From positions 736,001-800,000 of the forward strand of contig CAWBMP010000004.1 of assembly GCA_963790025.1 (NCBI GenBank): a stretch of 64,000 nt of DNA, read 5' to 3'. The DNA is from Nitrospirota bacterium. GTDB lineage: Bacteria > Nitrospirota > Thermodesulfovibrionia > Thermodesulfovibrionales > Dissulfurispiraceae. Shown piece by piece: positions 28,679 through 38,102 of the stretch. The notes under the pieces are model-generated. The model was not told where the DNA came from, ran no database searches, and worked only from the letters and a program-made list of their open reading frames with translations. The position numbers and the translations under genes were made by a program. Numbering within the stretch: the stretch's first letter is position 1; every line of letters begins with the position of its first letter.

Positions 28679-30592
28679 ATGATACTTGACGGAAAATGTC
28701 CATCCGGTCCTCTTGCCGAAAAGTGGGACAGACATTGCAGGGAAATAAAGCTTGTTAATCCGGCAAACAAGAGGAAATTCAGGATCATCGTCGTCGGCAC
28801 CGGTCTGGCCGGCGCATCTGCGGCAGCGACCCTCGGGGAACTCGGCTATAATGTGGATGCCTTCTGTTATCAGGACAGTGCCCGCCGTGCCCACAGCATT
28901 GCAGCACAAGGCGGCATTAATGCTGCAAAAAATTATCCCAATGACGGCGACAGTATCTTCAGGCTCTTCCATGACACAATCAAGGGAGGAGATTTCAGGT
29001 CCCGCGAAGCTAACGTATACAGGCTGGCGGCTGTGAGCAACAACATCATCGACCAGTGCGTGGCTCAGGGGGTCCCCTTTGCACGCGACTATGCCGGATA
29101 TCTCGATAATCGTTCCTTCGGAGGCGCTCAGGTCTCGCGCACCTTCTTCGCAAGAGGGCAGACAGGACAGCAATTGCTGCTAGGCGCTTATTCGGCCCTT
29201 TCCCGCGCGGTGAAAAATGGGTCCGTAAAACTACACTGCCGTACGGAAATGCTGGACCTTGTTATCGTGGACGGTGAGGCCAAAGGGATCACAGTCCGTG
29301 ATATGGTTACAGGTGAGATAAAAAGTTATGCGGCGGATGCGGTTTGCCTCTGTACAGGCGGATACGCGAATGTTTTCTACCTTTCGACAAATGCAATGGG
29401 AAGCAATGTGACCGCAACATACAGGGCTTACAAGAAAGGGGCCTTCTTTGCCAACCCTTGCTACACTCAGATCCATCCGACGTGCATACCGGTGAGCGGC
29501 GACCACCAGTCCAAACTCACACTTATGTCCGAATCCTTAAGGAACGACGGCAGGGTTTGGGTGCCGAAGGCCAGTGGAGACAAACGCCTTCCCCATGAGA
29601 TCCCGGAAGATGAAAGGGACTACTATCTGGAGCGCAAGTATCCGAGTTTCGGGAACCTTGCACCGCGCGATATATCATCCCGGTCAGCCAAGGAGGTCTG
29701 TGATGAAGGCCGTGGAGTAGGCACTAGCGGCCGTGGCGTTTATCTCGACTTTGCCGAGGCCATAGGGCGCGTCGGCGAAGACAAGATACGCGAGCGTTAC
29801 GGCAACCTTTTTGAGATGTATGAAAAAATAACCGGCGAAAATGCTTATAAACAACCTATGCGCATCTATCCAGCACCTCATTACGTCATGGGCGGCCTCT
29901 GGGTTGACTATAACCTGCAGAGCAATATCCCGGGACTTTTTGTGCTCGGGGAAGCGAACTTCTCCGACCACGGCGCCAACAGGCTCGGGGCAAGCGCTCT
30001 TATGCAGGGGCTTGCCGATGGGTATTTCGTCATTCCTTATACAATATCAAACTATCTGGCGCAGACGAAGCCAGGCAATGCGGAAAGCTGCCATCCCGAG
30101 TTCGTGAAATCGGCTGTAGAGTGCTCGTCATCAATAAAAAGGCTTCTCTGCATGGAAGGAAAAAAGACGGTGAATGAGTTCCACCGCGAACTCGGCCATA
30201 TCATGTGGGAGAATGTTGGCATGGCGCGCAGCCGTGAGAGCCTGACAAAGGCCCTGCAACTGATTCCGGAACTTCGCACTGAATTCTGGAACAAAGTTAA
30301 AGTCACAGGGAGCGAAGCCGACCTTAACCAGGAGCTCGAAAAAGCCGGCCGCGTAGCGGACTTCCTCGAGTTCGGTGAACTCATGGCACGTGACGCCCTT
30401 CACCGTGAGGAATCCTGCGGAGGCCACTTCCGGGTGGAGTATCAGACGCAGGAGGGCGAAGCTATGCGCGACGATGATAAATTCTGTTATGTGGCTGCAT
30501 GGGAGTTCAAAGGACCGGACAAAGAGCCGGAACTGCATAAGGAGCCTCTCGTATTCGAAAACGTTCATCTTGCCGTAAGGAGTTATAAATAA
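28679..30592 (+). CDS. sdhA: Succinate dehydrogenase/fumarate reductase flavoprotein subunit
   Basis: [20 protein letters not shown] (covalent FAD His), [20 protein letters not shown]. Confidence 0.96.
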   Translation: MILDGKCPSGPLAEKWDRHCREIKLVNPANKRKFRIIVVGTGLAGASAAATLGELGYNVDAFCYQDSARRAHSIAAQGGINAAKNYPNDGDSIFRLFHDTIKGGDFRSREANVYRLAAVSNNIIDQCVAQGVPFARDYAGYLDNRSFGGAQVSRTFFARGQTGQQLLLGAYSALSRAVKNGSVKLHCRTEMLDLVIVDGEAKGITVRDMVTGEIKSYAADAVCLCTGGYANVFYLSTNAMGSNVTATYRAYKKGAFFANPCYTQIHPTCIPVSGDHQSKLTLMSESLRNDGRVWVPKASGDKRLPHEIPEDERDYYLERKYPSFGNLAPRDISSRSAKEVCDEGRGVGTSGRGVYLDFAEAIGRVGEDKIRERYGNLFEMYEKITGENAYKQPMRIYPAPHYVMGGLWVDYNLQSNIPGLFVLGEANFSDHGANRLGASALMQGLADGYFVIPYTISNYLAQTKPGNAESCHPEFVKSAVECSSSIKRLLCMEGKKTVNEFHRELGHIMWENVGMARSRESLTKALQLIPELRTEFWNKVKVTGSEADLNQELEKAGRVADFLEFGELMARDALHREESCGGHFRVEYQTQEGEAMRDDDKFCYVAAWEFKGPDKEPELHKEPLVFENVHLAVRSYK

Positions 30593-31344
30593 TGGATTTA
30601 ACACTCTATGTCTGGAGGCAGAAAGGCCCGGACCAACCGGGAGGACTTGAGGAATATCAAGCCAGGGACGTAAGTCCGGACATGTCCTTTCTCGAGATGC
30701 TCGACGTCGTTAATGAGGGCTTGATAAAGAGTGGCAAAGAGCCTATAGCTTTTGACCACGACTGTCGTGAGGGGATCTGCGGCACATGCTCCCAGGTCAT
30801 CAACGGTGTTCCCCATGGACCGCAGGAGAAGACCACAGTTTGCCAGCTCCACATGAGACACTTCAGGGATGGGGATGCGCTCTACATTGAACCCTTTCAC
30901 GCAAAGGCCTTCCCAGTGATCAAGGATTTGATCGTAGACCGAAGCGCCCTCGATCGCATCATGCAGGCCGGCGGTTTCATATCCGTGCATACTGGTGGCA
31001 GTCCTGATGCTAATGCTGTCCTGGTTCCGAAGTCTTATGCCAATGTTGCCATGGATGCCGCAGAGTGTATCGGTTGCGGTGCGTGTGTCGCCGCCTGTCC
31101 GAACGGTTCAGCTATGCTTTTTACGGCAGCGAAAGTGGCGCACCTTGCGAACCTGCCTCAGGGAAAGATCGGGGCGGCCCGGCGTGTCTGCATGATGACT
31201 GATGCGATGCTGAAGGAAGGCTTTGGCAATTGCAGCAACCACTACGAATGCCAGGCGGTATGTCCCAAAGGTATAAGAGTTCAGTTCATTGCGAAACTTA
31301 ACAGGGAATTCATTAAATCACAGACTATGACGAGGAGAGACTAA
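30592..31344 (+). CDS. sdhB: Succinate dehydrogenase/fumarate reductase iron-sulfur subunit
   Basis: [35 protein letters not shown]. Confidence 0.96.
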   Translation: MDLTLYVWRQKGPDQPGGLEEYQARDVSPDMSFLEMLDVVNEGLIKSGKEPIAFDHDCREGICGTCSQVINGVPHGPQEKTTVCQLHMRHFRDGDALYIEPFHAKAFPVIKDLIVDRSALDRIMQAGGFISVHTGGSPDANAVLVPKSYANVAMDAAECIGCGACVAACPNGSAMLFTAAKVAHLANLPQGKIGAARRVCMMTDAMLKEGFGNCSNHYECQAVCPKGIRVQFIAKLNREFIKSQTMTRRD

Positions 31345-32270
31345 TGAAAAAAAAGATAACAGTTGTCGGCGCAGGCAATGTAGGGGCTTCTCTTGCACAG
31401 ATGATCGCTCAGGACGGCGCCGCCAACGTGGTGCTGTGCGATATAGTTGAGGGGGTTCCCCAGGGCAAGGCACTCGATATGTCCGAGGCATGTCCTTTAT
31501 GGGGATCGGCGTCATCCATCACCGGTGCGAATGACTATTCTTACACGACGGATTCAGACATAATTGTGATTACTGCCGGGTTGGCCAGAAAACCTGGAAT
31601 GAGCAGAGATGATCTTTTATTTGCCAATGCAAAGGTGATATCCGGTGTTGTAGAAAGCACCTCGAAGCTGTCCCCAAAAGCAGTTATCATTATCGTTACA
31701 AATCCCATGGACGTTATGACCCAGGTTGCACTCAAGGTGTCCGGTTTCGATTGGGCCAGGGTGATAGGGATGGGCGGCATCCTGGATTCCGCACGGTTCA
31801 GGACATTCGTAGCATGGGAATTGGGAGTATCCCCTCAGGATGTCGAGGCTCTCGTGCTCGGAGGACATGGAGACCTTATGGTTCCAATGCCACGATTTAC
31901 TACAATCAAAGGAGTAGCACTCCCGGCGTTACTGAGCCAGGAGCGGATCGACGAACTCGTCAAAAGGACCAGGAGCGGCGGAGCAGAGATAGTAGCACTG
32001 CTGAAGACCGGGAGCGCTTATTATGCGCCTGCAGCAGCAGCTTACCAGATGGTGAAATCGATCATGTTCGATGAAAACAGGATGCTCCCATGTGCGGCCT
32101 ATCTTAAAGGCGAATACGGAGAACGCGATGTCTACGCCGGAGTCCCTGTGGTGCTGGGCAGCAACGGAGTCAAGAAAATTGTCGAACTGGCACTGAACGA
32201 ACAGGAGAAGAAAGAGTTTGATAAGTCGATAGAGGCCGTCAGGTCGCTTGTCGAAAAATTGAAGCTATAG
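31344..32270 (+). CDS. mdh: Malate dehydrogenase (LDH-like)
   Basis: VVGAGNVG, AGLARKPGMSRDDL, LDSAR, LGGHGD, GSAYYAP. Confidence 0.96.
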   Translation: MKKKITVVGAGNVGASLAQMIAQDGAANVVLCDIVEGVPQGKALDMSEACPLWGSASSITGANDYSYTTDSDIIVITAGLARKPGMSRDDLLFANAKVISGVVESTSKLSPKAVIIIVTNPMDVMTQVALKVSGFDWARVIGMGGILDSARFRTFVAWELGVSPQDVEALVLGGHGDLMVPMPRFTTIKGVALPALLSQERIDELVKRTRSGGAEIVALLKTGSAYYAPAAAAYQMVKSIMFDENRMLPCAAYLKGEYGERDVYAGVPVVLGSNGVKKIVELALNEQEKKEFDKSIEAVRSLVEKLKL

Positions 32271-32310
32271 CAGATTTTTCCTGGCCTTTAGGTGTCATAC
32301 CGGTCCTTTG

Positions 32311-32338
32311 CTGGATTCCCGTTTTAATGGGAATCCAG
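32311..32338. repeat. REP-like hairpin / possible terminator after mdh
   Basis: CTGGATTCCC-N8-GGGAATCCAG perfect 10-bp stem. Confidence 0.55.
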
Positions 32339-32463
32339 TCTTCTAAAAAAGCATGCCAGTCTTCCCGTGTAAATAATATTGAAGCATTAAATGATAAGGA
32401 GTTAGAATAGATCAGGAACTTGGACTGATACCCTTTTAAGTATCGGAAAGGAGACTAAACGTT

Positions 32464-33000
32464 ATGAAAACACTAATTGGAATACTGTTTGCTCTCACAA
32501 TCCTTTTAACAGTAGGGCTGGGCCATCCGGCTTTGACGTCGGCCAGAGTAGAGGTCAACATCGGGATTGGTATCCCCGTCTTTCAAGCGCCCCCAGAGGT
32601 GGTCGTATACCCTGACACATATGTTTACACCGTCCCTAACTACGATATCTTTTTTTTTCACGGCTATTGGTACCGTCCCTATGAGGGACGCTGGTACCGG
32701 TCGGGAAGCTATAACGGACCATGGAACATTATAGTCCGTGGACGGGTGCCAGTTTCTGTCATCAATCTCCCTCCGGATTACAGAACGAGATTGTGGCATG
32801 AGCGCGTGCCATTCGGACAGGTCAGGCAAAACTGGCGCAGCTGGGAGAAAACCCGTTATTGGAATGCACGCGTTGAGAATGAGCGACACGGAAAAGGCCC
32901 GGAGCGTAAAGCAGGCGTGGAACGAAGAGAAGGCCCTGGGCACAGAGAGGAAGGCGAGCATGGAGAAAGACATGGAGAGGAACACAGAGGGCATGAATGA
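32464..33000 (+). CDS. Secreted hypothetical protein with aromatic-rich core and His/Glu/Arg-rich tail
   Basis: Signal peptide-like N-terminus; FFFHGYWYRPYEGRWYRSGSYNGPW; SD AAGGAG. Confidence 0.75.
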   Translation: MKTLIGILFALTILLTVGLGHPALTSARVEVNIGIGIPVFQAPPEVVVYPDTYVYTVPNYDIFFFHGYWYRPYEGRWYRSGSYNGPWNIIVRGRVPVSVINLPPDYRTRLWHERVPFGQVRQNWRSWEKTRYWNARVENERHGKGPERKAGVERREGPGHREEGEHGERHGEEHRGHE

Positions 33001-34324
33001 TATGATCAGGACGACCCGGCTGCTGCAGCTTCTTGTATGTTGCCTGCTTCTATTGTCTGCAATTTCAATTCGCGCTGAAGACGTTCCGGCGGCTTCGCAA
33101 AATCAACAACTACCCGTGCTGCACCGGGACAGCCCCGACTATCACACCCCCCGTGCCGGCGAAGGGTTCCGTACCGAACTCTTCGGACAGGAGATTAGGG
33201 TACAACCTAGTGACCTGCGCTCTGTCACAGCCCTGGATGTGGGCTCAGCAGTGAATATACCGGGAGCGGACAATAAGGTACTTATGCCCTTTGGCGACCT
33301 TTATGTATGGCGACATCCAGATGACCAAAGCCTGTTCCGCGCCGATATTTTGGGCCTCTACAATGATATCTTTTGGTCCGGCTCCTCGCCGCACCTGGGC
33401 CCTTTAGAATGGGTGCTTACGTTTAACAGCTATACCGTCCCATTTGCCCAATATGAAGTGGTGGACGGCAGGTCCGTGAAATCCGAAGAGTTAACATGGG
33501 GATATGTGCGGACGGGGTTCGGCGTGGGATACCGCACGAAGGTTTTTCCCGGCCACCAGGACAATATGCTGGCCATTGACCTGATCGTAGAACCGGGCTT
33601 TTTTTACTTCGCTAAGGGTTCAGACACAGCCCATAACTTCGTCGTCCCCAATAATTCCTTCGAGCTACGTGAACATTTGCAGTTACGCTGGGACGCCTTA
33701 GAGCGCAACTTGTTGAGCTTGCCGCACCAGGGGTTCGCAGGTGGCGCCGACCTTGTCCATGGCAATCGCAGCAACTGGGAGAACTGGGGGGCGAATGATT
33801 CACAATCTGCAGCTGGTGGCCGTGATTATGTTTTATCCTCGGCTTATTTTCTGGCTGCTGGTGGAGTTCCAGGGGTGGACAGCGACCGTAACCGGCTGCT
33901 TTGTTCACTGCACGCCGGAGTCGGCAGTGATCTCGATCGTTTTTCAGCGCCGCGCATCGGCGGCGGGATCCAGACGATGGGAGAGGAATATGGCTCCACG
34001 TGGCGACCGATCCTTCCCGGGTCGATCATCCAGGAATTCTTTCCCAAACACTATGTGGTGGCAGCCGGCGAGTACCGCTGGGAACCGATTTTTTTTACCT
34101 ATCTGAGTCTCAACGGATCGGTCGGCTGGCTTGACCATCTGACGCAGGCCGGCACAGGGACGATCCCGAAGGATAGCGTCTTCACCTCACTGGGGGCGCG
34201 GGTGACCACAGGTTTTTTCTTTGACTCGCGCATGCAGCTCGGATACAATCGTAACTTTGGTGTGATACGCGACGGCCGGCACGGCGGCAACGAAATCTTA
34301 CTGGACTTTACCAAAGATTTGTAG
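32993..34324 (+). CDS. Exported hypothetical protein, probable outer-membrane beta-barrel
   Basis: Signal peptide after ATG 32993/33002 overlapping the upstream stop; alternating aromatic beta-strand pattern. Confidence 0.6.
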   Translation: MNDMIRTTRLLQLLVCCLLLLSAISIRAEDVPAASQNQQLPVLHRDSPDYHTPRAGEGFRTELFGQEIRVQPSDLRSVTALDVGSAVNIPGADNKVLMPFGDLYVWRHPDDQSLFRADILGLYNDIFWSGSSPHLGPLEWVLTFNSYTVPFAQYEVVDGRSVKSEELTWGYVRTGFGVGYRTKVFPGHQDNMLAIDLIVEPGFFYFAKGSDTAHNFVVPNNSFELREHLQLRWDALERNLLSLPHQGFAGGADLVHGNRSNWENWGANDSQSAAGGRDYVLSSAYFLAAGGVPGVDSDRNRLLCSLHAGVGSDLDRFSAPRIGGGIQTMGEEYGSTWRPILPGSIIQEFFPKHYVVAAGEYRWEPIFFTYLSLNGSVGWLDHLTQAGTGTIPKDSVFTSLGARVTTGFFFDSRMQLGYNRNFGVIRDGRHGGNEILLDFTKDL

Positions 34325-34415
34325 GTCTCCGTGCCTTCTATATTGTTGGACAGTATGAAACGACAGAAAAGACGTATATTCCAGGGTTTTTAACAGGACT
34401 TGACGTGGAAGTCAT

Positions 34416-35369
34416 TCATCTGGCACGTCTGCTACCCTTTTTGTGGTACATGTCCATGTCCGCCTTCTTTAAAAGGCTTTCGGCATCGCCGGCATCGTTA
34501 GGGAAAACCCCTATTCCTATGCTCGCTGTAACATGGCAGTCCCGTTCAAATATCTCAAAGGGCTTTGCAATTTCTTCGGCAATTTTTTTGGCAGCCAATA
34601 AAGCATCCTTCTCTTCATTAATCCGCGTCAAAATCACGGTAAATTCATCGCCTCCCAGGCGCGCCGTGGTATCAGACTCCCGAACACAATAATTGAGCCT
34701 TATGGCTGTTTCGATCAAAAGCATATCTCCGGCCTTATGTCCATATAGGTCGTTAACGGCTTTGAATCCGTCCAGGTCTATATAAAGCAGCGCAAACATT
34801 GTCTTATAACGCGCAGCAATAGAAATTGCATGTTCAACCCTGTTCATAAAGAGACTACGATTTGCGAGGCCTGTAAGAGCGTCGTAGTGAGCCATTTTAA
34901 AAAGCTGCCCTTCCAACTCCTTTCGTTCGTTAATTCCCACGCAGGAACCGACAAAGCAATGCGTACCATCATCGGGATTAACAAAAGGGACACCTGTTTC
35001 CAGCACCCAGCGGTAAGCACCGTCATTTCTTCTGAGGCGGTATTCGACTCTATAAGGCTTCCCTTGCCGGCAGGCTGCAGAACATTCAGTGCGGAAGGAT
35101 TCGTAGTCGTACGGATGGATACCTTCCATCCACCCTTCCCCTGCTTCTTCGGCAAGAGACCTGCCTCTGTAGTCAAGCCAGACTTTATTAAAATAAAAAC
35201 GCTCGCTGCAGCTGCCCTCAGCTGCCCAGAGGAAAACAGGCGCCAGGTCCGCCATTATTCTCAACAACTGCTCACCTTGGCTGACTGGCTGCATCAAACC
35301 TATCATGTCGAATAATTCTCTCTCGGCAGACCCTGTATCTTCACCCAGAAACATTCTATTTCCTGCCAT
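34416..35369 (-). CDS. PAS-domain diguanylate cyclase
   Basis: PAS (WMEGIHPYD, EYRLRRNDGAYRW), DALTGLANR, DLDGFKAVND, RESD I-site, intact GGDEF. Confidence 0.92.
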   Translation of the reverse strand: MAGNRMFLGEDTGSAERELFDMIGLMQPVSQGEQLLRIMADLAPVFLWAAEGSCSERFYFNKVWLDYRGRSLAEEAGEGWMEGIHPYDYESFRTECSAACRQGKPYRVEYRLRRNDGAYRWVLETGVPFVNPDDGTHCFVGSCVGINERKELEGQLFKMAHYDALTGLANRSLFMNRVEHAISIAARYKTMFALLYIDLDGFKAVNDLYGHKAGDMLLIETAIRLNYCVRESDTTARLGGDEFTVILTRINEEKDALLAAKKIAEEIAKPFEIFERDCHVTASIGIGVFPNDAGDAESLLKKADMDMYHKKGSRRAR

Positions 35370-35504
35370 TTTCTCTCGACTCCTTATTGATATTAGCCTA
35401 TATAAATATTATCGGACAATACAGCGAGAAGTTTAGTCAAGAGAAATTGCACAATTGGAACAATTCTGATACTATTAGAAACAAAAACCTTATAGGAGGC
35501 AAAA

Positions 35505-35939
35505 ATGTACAAGAAATTAACGATAGTATTGGTTGCCGCGGCCCTTGCGATTTTGGTAGTCGGTCCTGTCGGGGCCGCAGATAAAACTCCGGAGCAGCTT
35601 GTAAAAGAGGCAAAGGCGTCAATCAAGGAAGTGTCAGTAGAGGATGTCAAGAAAATGATTGACGCAAAGGAAAACATTATACTCCTTGATGTAACTGACA
35701 AGCAAGAATTTGAACAGAAACATATTGCCGGGGCCATTAACATTTCACGCGGCACGTTGGAATTCAAGGTGGCTGCGATTATCCCCGATAAAAGCGCCAA
35801 AATTATCGTATATTGCTGGACAGACCGCAGATGTCCTTTGGCGACAAAGACACTGAATGAGCTTGGGTATAAAAATGCTATAAATATGATTGGCGGCCTC
35901 AAGGCCTGGGAAGCAGCAGGGTATCCGCTAACAAAATAG
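35505..35939 (+). CDS. Exported rhodanese-like (sulfurtransferase) protein
   Basis: Signal peptide; LLDV, HIAGAIN, IIVYC, GGLKAW. Confidence 0.85.
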   Translation: MYKKLTIVLVAAALAILVVGPVGAADKTPEQLVKEAKASIKEVSVEDVKKMIDAKENIILLDVTDKQEFEQKHIAGAINISRGTLEFKVAAIIPDKSAKIIVYCWTDRRCPLATKTLNELGYKNAINMIGGLKAWEAAGYPLTK

Positions 35940-35983
35940 CACGTCCAGTGTGATTACCTGCATACTGAGTCCCGATCAAAAAT

Positions 35984-36022
35984 AAGGGCGCTATGGCGAA
36001 TACCATTCGCCATAGCGCCCTT
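35984..36022. terminator. Perfect hairpin between convergent rhodanese and cooS genes
   Basis: AAGGGCGCTATGGCGAAT-ACC-ATTCGCCATAGCGCCCTT, 18-bp stem. Confidence 0.75.
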
Positions 36023-36042
36023 GAACGTTGTATTACTTTACT

Positions 36043-38043
36043 CTAAAACCCCATGTGGGCCTTTCCGCCTTGTATCTCGCGACGTGCAGCCATATCCATG
36101 AGCACACGCTCGGTGCCGAACTTGCCCGGATCGTACTTCTTCAGCTTAAGTTCCGCCCTTGCATTATCAATGAAGTTGAGTGTCATTTCGAGGATCTTCT
36201 CGATAGACGGTTCAAAGACAAAGCAACCTTTGAATCTCTCCATCCATTGATTCGTCATCATGTCTGTAACACCCTTGCCGGCAGCGAAGATATTATCGCC
36301 TCCGAAAATGACAGGGCATCCGGACGCGGCACAGTAGGTCGCAATCGCAACGGCCTTCTCCGACATCCACTCAGGGGCAATGCCGACTGCCGGCATGCCG
36401 CCGATTTCATCAGAAAGACCGCCCTCTGCCGCCATCGCTGTTGCGATAGTAAGTATCCTCGAATTGTCTACGCAGGAACCGAGGGTCAGAATTGGAGGCA
36501 TACCGGTTGTTTCGCAGATCTGTTGCAGACCTGGGCCGGCGTGCTCCTTGGCAAATTCAGGCGTAAGATATCCTCCCAGACCGCAGGCGTGAGAACCGCA
36601 GCCAGTGGTAACAACAAGGACGTCTCTTTTGATCAGCTCGGTTATAAGCCATTTATGGTTGCCGGTCGCAGGGAACCTTGTGTTGTCGCAACCGACAACA
36701 GCTGCGATACCGCGAATTCTTCCCGACATAATGGCGTCATTAAGAGGCCTGAAGGAATGCCTCCACTTTCCGCCGAGCATATACTCGATATATTCGTGCG
36801 AGAAACCGCTGACCATATCGAACTCTTCCATTTTCCCGCGGAAGCCTTTCGTTGTCCTGTTCGGGAAATTGTCTATCGCAACCTTGATGATGTCGCGGGC
36901 GAGTTGCTTTGCTTTGCTTTCATCAACCATCGGCATTGCGATAGCCCCTGGAATATATGCCTTTGGAGAGGTTGTAATGACTTTCGTATGGAATTTCTTG
37001 GCTACATCAGTAATAGCCGGCATTATACACTGTACGTCGACTGTCATGGCATCAACCATTCCGGTCAAAATCGCCAGTTCCTGGTTGGTATATCCGCCCA
37101 TGGTCGGCATACCGTGCCTCGCAAGGATTTCATTTGCCGTGCAGCACATACCCGTCATGTTAATCCCTTTTGCGCCCTTAGATTTTGCGTATGCTATCAA
37201 TTCGGGCTCAGCGGCGACCTCAACAAATTTTTCCGCAAGATTTGGCTCATGGCCGTGGACTACCATGTTGACCATGTCTTTTTCAAAAACGCCGAAGCTT
37301 GCCTTTACCCTGAGCGGCTGCGGGGTCCCATAAAGGATGTCCGTGCAATCCGTTGCGATCATGGAGCCGATCCAGCCGTCGGCAAGAGCTGTCCTTATGC
37401 CGTGCTTTAAAAGATCGTCAGGATCGATGTCAACACCGGTATTTGTTCTGTGCATCGCCTCGATGACCTCTCTCTGGAAGCCCCTCGGAACAACACCCCA
37501 TTTCCTCCATCTCTCGACGGTCTTCTTGGGCGCTCTTACCACATAATTCATTTCACCGGTCTGACGTGTAAAGTCCTCGATCATCTTATGCGCCACGTCT
37601 TTTGCCACATCATTCGCCGGACGTCCTTCGAACTCGATGCCGAGGATGCCGGCAATCTTATAGAGTTTCCTCGTGTCCTTGATTGCGAAATCCTTGGTAT
37701 GCCCCTCGGCAACTGCAAGCAACAACATAGCCATGTCCAGGCCGTGATCGGAGTGCGCAGATGCGCCGGCAGCAATCATCCTGACAAGGTTCCTCGCAGC
37801 GACAGTATCATTGTTCGCGCCGCAGATGCCCTTGGCGTCTTCCTTCGCGGTGAGCCTGCAGGGACCCATGCTGCAATTTTTGCAGCAGGCGCCTGAATGA
37901 CCGATCGGGCACGGCTTCATCTTTTCCGATCTGTCAAAACAGGTCTCTATGCCTTCTTCTTCAGCAAATTTCAGTATTCTATCGGCATCTGGATTCGCAG
38001 GTCTTATTTTTGCGACTACTTTTTTTTCTTCCTTCTTCTCCAT
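36043..38043 (-). CDS. cooS: Anaerobic Ni-Fe carbon monoxide dehydrogenase catalytic subunit (AcsA)
   Basis: CPIG...CCKNCSMGPC D/B-cluster; HGHEP, CCT, DVQC, GCDN, TGCG, GSCVDNSR C-cluster ligands; SEKA. Confidence 0.96.
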   Translation of the reverse strand: MEKKEEKKVVAKIRPANPDADRILKFAEEEGIETCFDRSEKMKPCPIGHSGACCKNCSMGPCRLTAKEDAKGICGANNDTVAARNLVRMIAAGASAHSDHGLDMAMLLLAVAEGHTKDFAIKDTRKLYKIAGILGIEFEGRPANDVAKDVAHKMIEDFTRQTGEMNYVVRAPKKTVERWRKWGVVPRGFQREVIEAMHRTNTGVDIDPDDLLKHGIRTALADGWIGSMIATDCTDILYGTPQPLRVKASFGVFEKDMVNMVVHGHEPNLAEKFVEVAAEPELIAYAKSKGAKGINMTGMCCTANEILARHGMPTMGGYTNQELAILTGMVDAMTVDVQCIMPAITDVAKKFHTKVITTSPKAYIPGAIAMPMVDESKAKQLARDIIKVAIDNFPNRTTKGFRGKMEEFDMVSGFSHEYIEYMLGGKWRHSFRPLNDAIMSGRIRGIAAVVGCDNTRFPATGNHKWLITELIKRDVLVVTTGCGSHACGLGGYLTPEFAKEHAGPGLQQICETTGMPPILTLGSCVDNSRILTIATAMAAEGGLSDEIGGMPAVGIAPEWMSEKAVAIATYCAASGCPVIFGGDNIFAAGKGVTDMMTNQWMERFKGCFVFEPSIEKILEMTLNFIDNARAELKLKKYDPGKFGTERVLMDMAARREIQGGKAHMGF

Positions 38044-38102
38044 TTTTTACCTCCGTAGTTTTAAACTATTCTCAACAAACATTAGTAACTGTTTGCGTCT
38101 AA

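Noticed and set aside
36028..37410. 460-aa plus-strand ORF and other long antisense ORFs in the track
   Set aside because: Shadow frames of well-supported genes (cooS, sucCD, sdhA etc.) with no recognisable motifs
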